Shown here one piece after another: positions 58,441 through 64,000 of a stretch of DNA of 64,000 nucleotides. Origin of the DNA: Callorhinchus milii (taxonomy: Eukaryota); contig NW_024704751.1 of assembly GCF_018977255.1 (NCBI RefSeq), positions 558,001 to 622,000 of the forward strand, written 5' to 3'. Position numbers and translations under genes: made by a program. Below the pieces are notes generated by a model. That model saw nothing but the letters and a program-made list of their open reading frames with translations, had not been told where the DNA came from and did not search any database. Within the stretch, counting starts at the first letter, position 1; every line of letters begins with the position of its first letter.

Positions 58441-58449
58441 CTTTATATA
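58441..58449 (-). promoter_or_regulatory. MYL10 TATA box
   Basis: TATATAAAG on minus, about 50 nt upstream of the ATG that ends exon 1 (GGATG|GTACGT). Confidence 0.75.
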
Positions 58450-58977
58450 CACAGACACCAACAGGCAGTAAAAATACAAAGTCCAGGTTTAGACAATAGA
58501 TGTAATGATGGAACGTGTATCTGGGGTAATGTGATCGCCTCGGTATGTGAAACATGTGCGACCTTCAGACCACACAACTCACAAGGTTTAGCAAATTCAC
58601 AGAATCCTGGCTTGGGGTTGGGGGGGGGTGGGGGGGGCAGTGTGGGGGGGCAGTGGCCTGGGAGCGAGTCGGGCAGCTTTCCCCCAGGTCCCAGCCTACA
58701 GGGAGGGGAGGGGTTCGATGTGTGAGGCCATACTTGCCCAGTAATATATTATATAAAACTCATTGGGAGTGTTGGACCGAGTTACAAGGAAAAACGTTCT
58801 CAACTCAACTGTGATCTGATTCTCTGTGGCACAATCTGGAGAGGAAGAGACTTAGCTCTCTTTATGTATCTCTGTCTCTCTCTGTGCCCCTCACTCTCTG
58901 TGTCTCTATCTCTCTGTGTGTCTGTCTGTCCTTCAACCAGTTTGTGCTTTTAACCTCAACAAAGCTCTGATAGCCTC

Positions 58978-59598
58978 AGTGAGGTGGGGTGTGTCTGGGG
59001 GGAGAATAGAGGGGTGTCTTGGGGGCTGAGGAAAGAGGGTGTCTGGGGGGGTGAGGAGGTGGGGTATCTGGGGGGTGTCTGGGGTGTATCTGGGCAGTGA
59101 GGGAGGGGGTGTCTGTGGGGTGAGGAGGGGTGGTGTTTGGAGGCTGAGGAGGGGGAGTGTCTGGGGGGTGAGGAGGGTAGTGTCTGGCAGTTTATCTGGG
59201 GGTGAGTAGGGGATGTGTCTGGGGGGTAAGGAGGTGGGGTATCTGGGGGGTGTCTGGGGTGTGCGGAGGGGGGATGTCTGGGGAGTGTCTGGGGGTATCT
59301 GGGCGGTGAGGGGGGGGTGTCTGGGGGGTGAGGAGGGGTGGTGTCTGGGATGGTGTCTGGAGGCTGAGGAGGGGGAGTGTCTGGGGGGTGAGGAGGGTAG
59401 TGTCTGGCAGTTTATATGGGGGTGAGTAGGGGATGTGTCTGGGGGGTGAGGAGGGAATGTGTCTTGGAGATGAGGAGGGTGGGTGCCTGGGGTGGGTGAG
59501 GGGTGTGTGTATCTGGGGCGGGTGAGGGGTGTGTGTGTTGGGGGGGAAGGAGGGGAGTGTCTGGGGTGTGTCTGGTGGGGTTGAGGGGTCTGGGGCTG
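58978..59598. repeat. G-rich degenerate repeat (GTGTCTGGGGGGTGAGGAGGG)
   Basis: Tandem units upstream of the MYL10 promoter. Confidence 0.85.
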
Positions 59599-60044
59599 GA
59601 ATGCCATCTCTCACTGACCTGCAGAAGACAAAGATTCCTCGAATGTTGGTTACTGAAAATAGCGGCTGGAATGAGTGGTGTGTCTGAGGGCATGAAATTC
59701 AATACTGTGTGTGTGTGCCGGGGGGGGGGGGGGGGGGGGGGGGATGGGGGGGCTATGTGTGTGTATGTGGCTGAGAGAATGAGGCTTGTTTGCAGTCCCT
59801 GGCCCCAGTGCCTCCAGCCCAGCTCCGCAGCCTATTATGGTCAGGGCCGGGCTGGGCATTACAAGCCGCCTGGGACAGGTGATGTGATTGATACAGAATG
59901 TGGGAAACCGGGGGCTATAAATGGGAACCGATTTCACAGGCTTTCCACCAATTGTGGTACAAGTTACAACCATCAAACTATATAGTATAGCTGCTCCTTC
60001 ACATCCGCCCTATACATCTATTCACTGCTCTGAGGTCATTGTAT

Positions 60045-60399
60045 GGAGTCCTTTACCACAGTGGTTAGAGCACTTGCCTCGCAAGCGAGAGGACCCGGGT
60101 TCGATTCCCGAGTAGGGCAAAATGTTAGTCAAGTTTCCTTAGACACACATGTCTCTATTTATCTAGCAGTAATAGGAACCTGGTTGTTAGTCGATTGGCG
60201 GAATGCTTTTCTGGGGATAATAATCCCTTAAAAAAAATTGGGTCACTCAATCCACGACTGTTTGTGGGACGCTGCTGTATGCAATTGGCTGCGCATTTCG
60301 TCCACAAAATATATAGTCAACTCACTTTACAGTATATTCTGTGAAGCGCTTTGAGACGTCTCGAAGATGTGATATATCAAATGCAAGGATTATTATTGT
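60045..60399 (+). mobile_element. tRNA-derived SINE
   Basis: Head with intact GGTTCGATTCCC B box, body and tail. Confidence 0.85.
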
Positions 60400-60659
60400 T
60401 ACATCTCTGTGCCTCCCCCCTCCCCACCTCCCTCCCCTCACCCTGTCATTTCCTGTTGCATACCAGTTAGTCCTCAGTTCCCTGATATATACCAGTAGTT
60501 AGTTAAGTTACTGCCTTGATCCCATTTCCCTACAGTTGATTCCCAGAGTTTCCGCAGATTTAGAAGTCTTTCGGAAAAAAATAAACAGTATTTATAACGA
60601 CCTTTAGATCATTACAAAGAAAAATAATCTATAATTAACAACCTTCTGGGAATTGGATA

Positions 60660-60795
60660 GATAATCAAAAAGGAGGAATGTGCAGAGCTATGGGGTAAGA
60701 GCAGGGGAGTGGGACTGGTTGATAGCTCTTTCAAAGAGACGGCACAGGCACGATAGGCCGAATGGCCTCCTTCTGTGCTGTAAGATTCCAGGATT
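60660..60795 (+). mobile_element. CR1-type 3' terminus (related copy at about 31790-31880)
   Basis: GCTATGGGGTAAGAGCAGGGGAGTGG...GGCCGAATGGCCTCCTTCTGTGCTG. Confidence 0.6.
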
Positions 60796-62470
60796 CTAAT
60801 CCGCATTTGATTTACAAACTCAACATAGTTCATTCTCTTCTTTGTCATTTCATGAATTGAACAAACAATTGTCAGATGGTGATCTGTTCAAATCACTTCA
60901 AATCTTCAAAAGTCTTAAATCCTGGATTCAGGTTTCTGAAATCATGGAATCAGGAGATTTGGGGGACGTTTACTTCACTACCCCCCTCCAGCTGCCCCCC
61001 CCACCCCACCCCGCCCTGACTATTCCCAGATCCCAACCACAGCTGCACATTTTTTCTAGTTTCAATGGCTCCAGAGAATCCACAAGAAACAAAGGAAAAA
61101 CTGGAAAATATAGAGACAAAACCGGGGAAGGTAGAAAGAGGCAGAGAGAGAGAGAAAGAGACAGACAGACAGAGGGAGCGAGAGAGAGGGAGGGGTTGAG
61201 GATCTCCGGTTCCCAGTGGTTGTCATGTTTATTACAGGATTCCCCTGTTTGTTGCAGTAATAAAACAGTGGGATTGAGGGCAGCAGCACCCGGGCTGTGT
61301 AACCTGACGCTTTATGTGTCACACAAACCACTCGCTCCCTGCCACCTGTCTGTATCTATTTATAGGGTATTGAGGCAATGGTGGGTAATTGGAGTTGAGA
61401 TACAGATTTAGCCACAATCTAATAGAGCGGCAGAACGGGCTTGAGGGGTTGGGTGGCCTCCTCCTGTTCCTGTGTAGCCCACTCACTAATCACACACTGA
61501 AAGAGATTGCAACAAAAAAATAAAATAATTCCAGCTCTCTCTGAAAGCTAAACAAACATCCCTGGGTAATCGTGCAGCCAGTAAATACACCTTCTGGAGT
61601 GAAACTCCAGCACATGCTTGTATTTTGTTTGGTTGGCTGGGTTAGGTGTCTGACACATGGGGAAACCCATCACCGTTGCTTAAGAGTCTCCAAACCAACC
61701 TGAGATTTCCGTGCCTCCCATGGAAATCCCAGAGATAGATTGTTGGAATGGAACGCGCACTCTCTCCCTGGAGGGACGCACTTTGCCTACCTAATTCCGC
61801 AGAGTATTAGGCGCAGGTTGGAAGAGCCAAGGCTTGCTATCGATACTGCTGACCGGCAAGCTTTCCTATTGCTTGTCCAGCTGGCACCACTACCGTTTAG
61901 GGTTTTGGCTTGCAAGGTTAACAGGAGCTGAGTGGGATGATTCCCTGCCCCCAGTGACTGGTCTGTAATGTGCTATATGCTAAGCACAGCGCAGATATAA
62001 AGATCAGATTTACTGTAAATCTGAACAAGCGTTTAATCAGACCAGACATCAGGCTCGGGACTGTGAGGATTTGAAGACAGGATTTGCAGAGAGCTCTGCA
62101 GAACGAGCGGTGCGGTGATTGTTCCAAGTCTTTAATTAACTCTTAGTCTTTCATTCCAGAACAGATTCTCTCCCCCCTCCCCCCCACCCCCCTGTGTCTG
62201 TCTGTGAAGTGAACATTCGTGCTATCTGACCAGCTGTTATTATAAGACTATTATTAGGGCCACGGGTTTAAAGAGGGAATTAGCACGATCTTGATGTAAA
62301 GATAGACACCAGATACAGTCTTTTGATCCTGCGTTTGAACAAAAGAGACTTTTCCCTGAGTTTGTAACCGATCCCTGTAATTGTATTTTTTTGGTTAGCC
62401 GGGTGTCTGACTGTAATTGTCAAATGTGGTGATTTGTTCGTTTTCTGGGGCCCCACATAATACTGTGACA

Positions 62471-63105
62471 ATATAAAATTACACTATGTCCCACATCCCC
62501 CACACACTGAGCTTCCATACACAGCCCCCACCCCACGCACTCCCCCCCACCACCATCCACACATACAGGGCCCCCCTCCATCACACACAACACAGCCCCC
62601 ACACACACAGTCATCCCCTCCCACACACACGCACACAGCTCCCACACATTTGCAGCCCCCCACCACACACCCAGCCCTCCTCCCACCACACACACACACA
62701 CAACCCCCCCACACACAGCCCTCCCCCCACCACCACACACACAGCCCCCAGCACAAATACAGCCAGTCCTCCCCCACACACATACACACAGCCCACCCCA
62801 CCCTCCAGTGCACACTAATTGTCTCTATGCCTTTCTTGATGTTTGACTGTTTCCCTTTCCCACATTCTCCCCTGAAACTCTTCCTAAACCACTTTATTTT
62901 CCACCCTCCCCTCTGCATTCTACAAGTCTCTTATAAACCGAGGCAGAGAGAGAAACTCAAACACCAAGAGAGTAAGAGAGACAATTGGTGTGTGTGTGGG
63001 GTGGGGTGGAGGGCTATGTGTGTGGGGGGCTGTGTGTGTGTGGAGGGGGGGAGACAGTAAAGCTCAGTGTGTGGGGAATGTGGGCACAAAGTGTAATCTT
63101 ATACT
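62471..63105. repeat. Fold-back structure with imperfect inverted arms (MITE-like)
   Basis: 62471-62513 is inverted at 63060-63105, and 62811-62847 is inverted at 62957-62993, with a C-rich versus G-rich microsatellite between the blocks. Confidence 0.75.
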
Positions 63106-63107
63106 AT

Positions 63108-63455
63108 TATTAATAATAATAATCCTTGCATTTGACACAGCGCCTTATCACGTCTTTGAGACGTATCAAAACTCTTCACAGAATACACTGTAAAGTGAAT
63201 TGACTGTATATTTTGTGGGTGAAACGCGGCAGCCAATTGCACACAGCAGCGTCCCCACAAACAGTCGGGGATTGAATGACCAAATTATTATTATTTTTTT
63301 GAAGGAATTATTACCCCCGGAAAAGCGATCCGCTATTTGACTAACAACTGGGTTCCTACTTACTACTGGTAAACAGAGGCACATGAAATTTCCCCAACGC
63401 TTCACCCTGACCGGAATCAAACCCAGGACTCTTGTTTTTGAGGCGAGTACTCTTA
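63108..63455 (-). mobile_element. tRNA-derived SINE
   Basis: (AAT)n tail, body and partial head. Confidence 0.85.
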
Positions 63456-63459
63456 CCTC

Positions 63460-63960
63460 GGGAAAGATATATTGGCCCTGGAGGGGGTGCAGCGCAGGTT
63501 CACTGGACTGTTACCTGGCCTCAAAGGGTTAAGTTACGAGCAAAGGCTGCGTAAAGTTGGATTGTATTCCCTTGAGTTTAGAAGATTGAGGGGGGATTTG
63601 ATTGAAGTATTTAAGATGATAAAGGGATTCGATAGGATAGATACAGAGAAGCTACTTCCTCTGGTGGCAAAACAAGGGGCATAGTTTTAAAATTAAAGAC
63701 AGGCCATTTAAGAGTGAAATCAGGAAGCATTTTTCACTCAAAGAGTGGTAGAAATCTGGAATTCTCTTCCCCAAAAAGCCGTGGATGTTGGATCCATCCA
63801 CACCTTCAAGAGTGAGGTTGATAGTTTTTTGGTAGGTCGGTATTATGGGAAGAAAGCAGGAAATTGGAATTGACAGGATTAGTTGAGGTACAGATCAACC
63901 ATAATCTAATTGAATGGCTGAACCGACTCGAAGGGCTGAATGGCCTGCTCCTGTCCTGAA
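63460..63960 (+). mobile_element. CR1 LINE 3' fragment
   Basis: LEGVQRRFTGLLPGLKGLSYEQRLRKVGLYSLEFRRLRGDLIEVFKMIKG followed by the GGGCTGAATGGCCTGCTCCTG terminus. Confidence 0.9.
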
Positions 63961-64000
63961 GAATTCCCACTCTCACCTAATTCCCTAACAGAATTCTCAC

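Noticed and set aside
60045-60115. tRNA-Ala-like genes (also at the other SINE heads)
   Set aside because: There is no paired acceptor stem, and each continues into the SINE body and tail.
60842-61411. 189-aa ORF upstream of MYL10
   Set aside because: Non-ATG start, low-complexity GA-rich segments, and no recognisable domain or exon chain.

Overview
This is gene-dense vertebrate nuclear DNA. The repeat content (tRNA-Ala-headed SINEs with L2-type tails, Deu-domain SINEs, L2 and CR1 fragments) suggests a cartilaginous fish, but that is an inference. I reconstructed nine genes by hand, exon by exon: PHKG1 (-, 5' part only), CHCHD2 (-), NUPR2/NUPR1-like (-), RCC1L (-), DERL2 (-), MIS12 (+), IFT22 (-), COL26A1 (+) and MYL10 (-). 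Most long ORFs in the supplied track come from low-complexity repeats or LINE remnants. I found no evidence of a new protein-coding system. The most notable structural and regulatory oddities are: a perfect 91-bp palindrome upstream of COL26A1; several other short-loop inverted duplications; two adjacent U12 introns in DERL2; two GC-AG introns, a uORF and a palindromic promoter in RCC1L; a 1-nt frameshift in MYL10; G-rich minisatellites seeded from a CR1 3' end; and a gene order that mirrors the PHKG2/NUPR1/MYLPF and CHCHD10/DERL3/EMID1 paralogous regions. Comparisons with human and mouse genes are from memory and were not computed. There are four assembly N-gaps.
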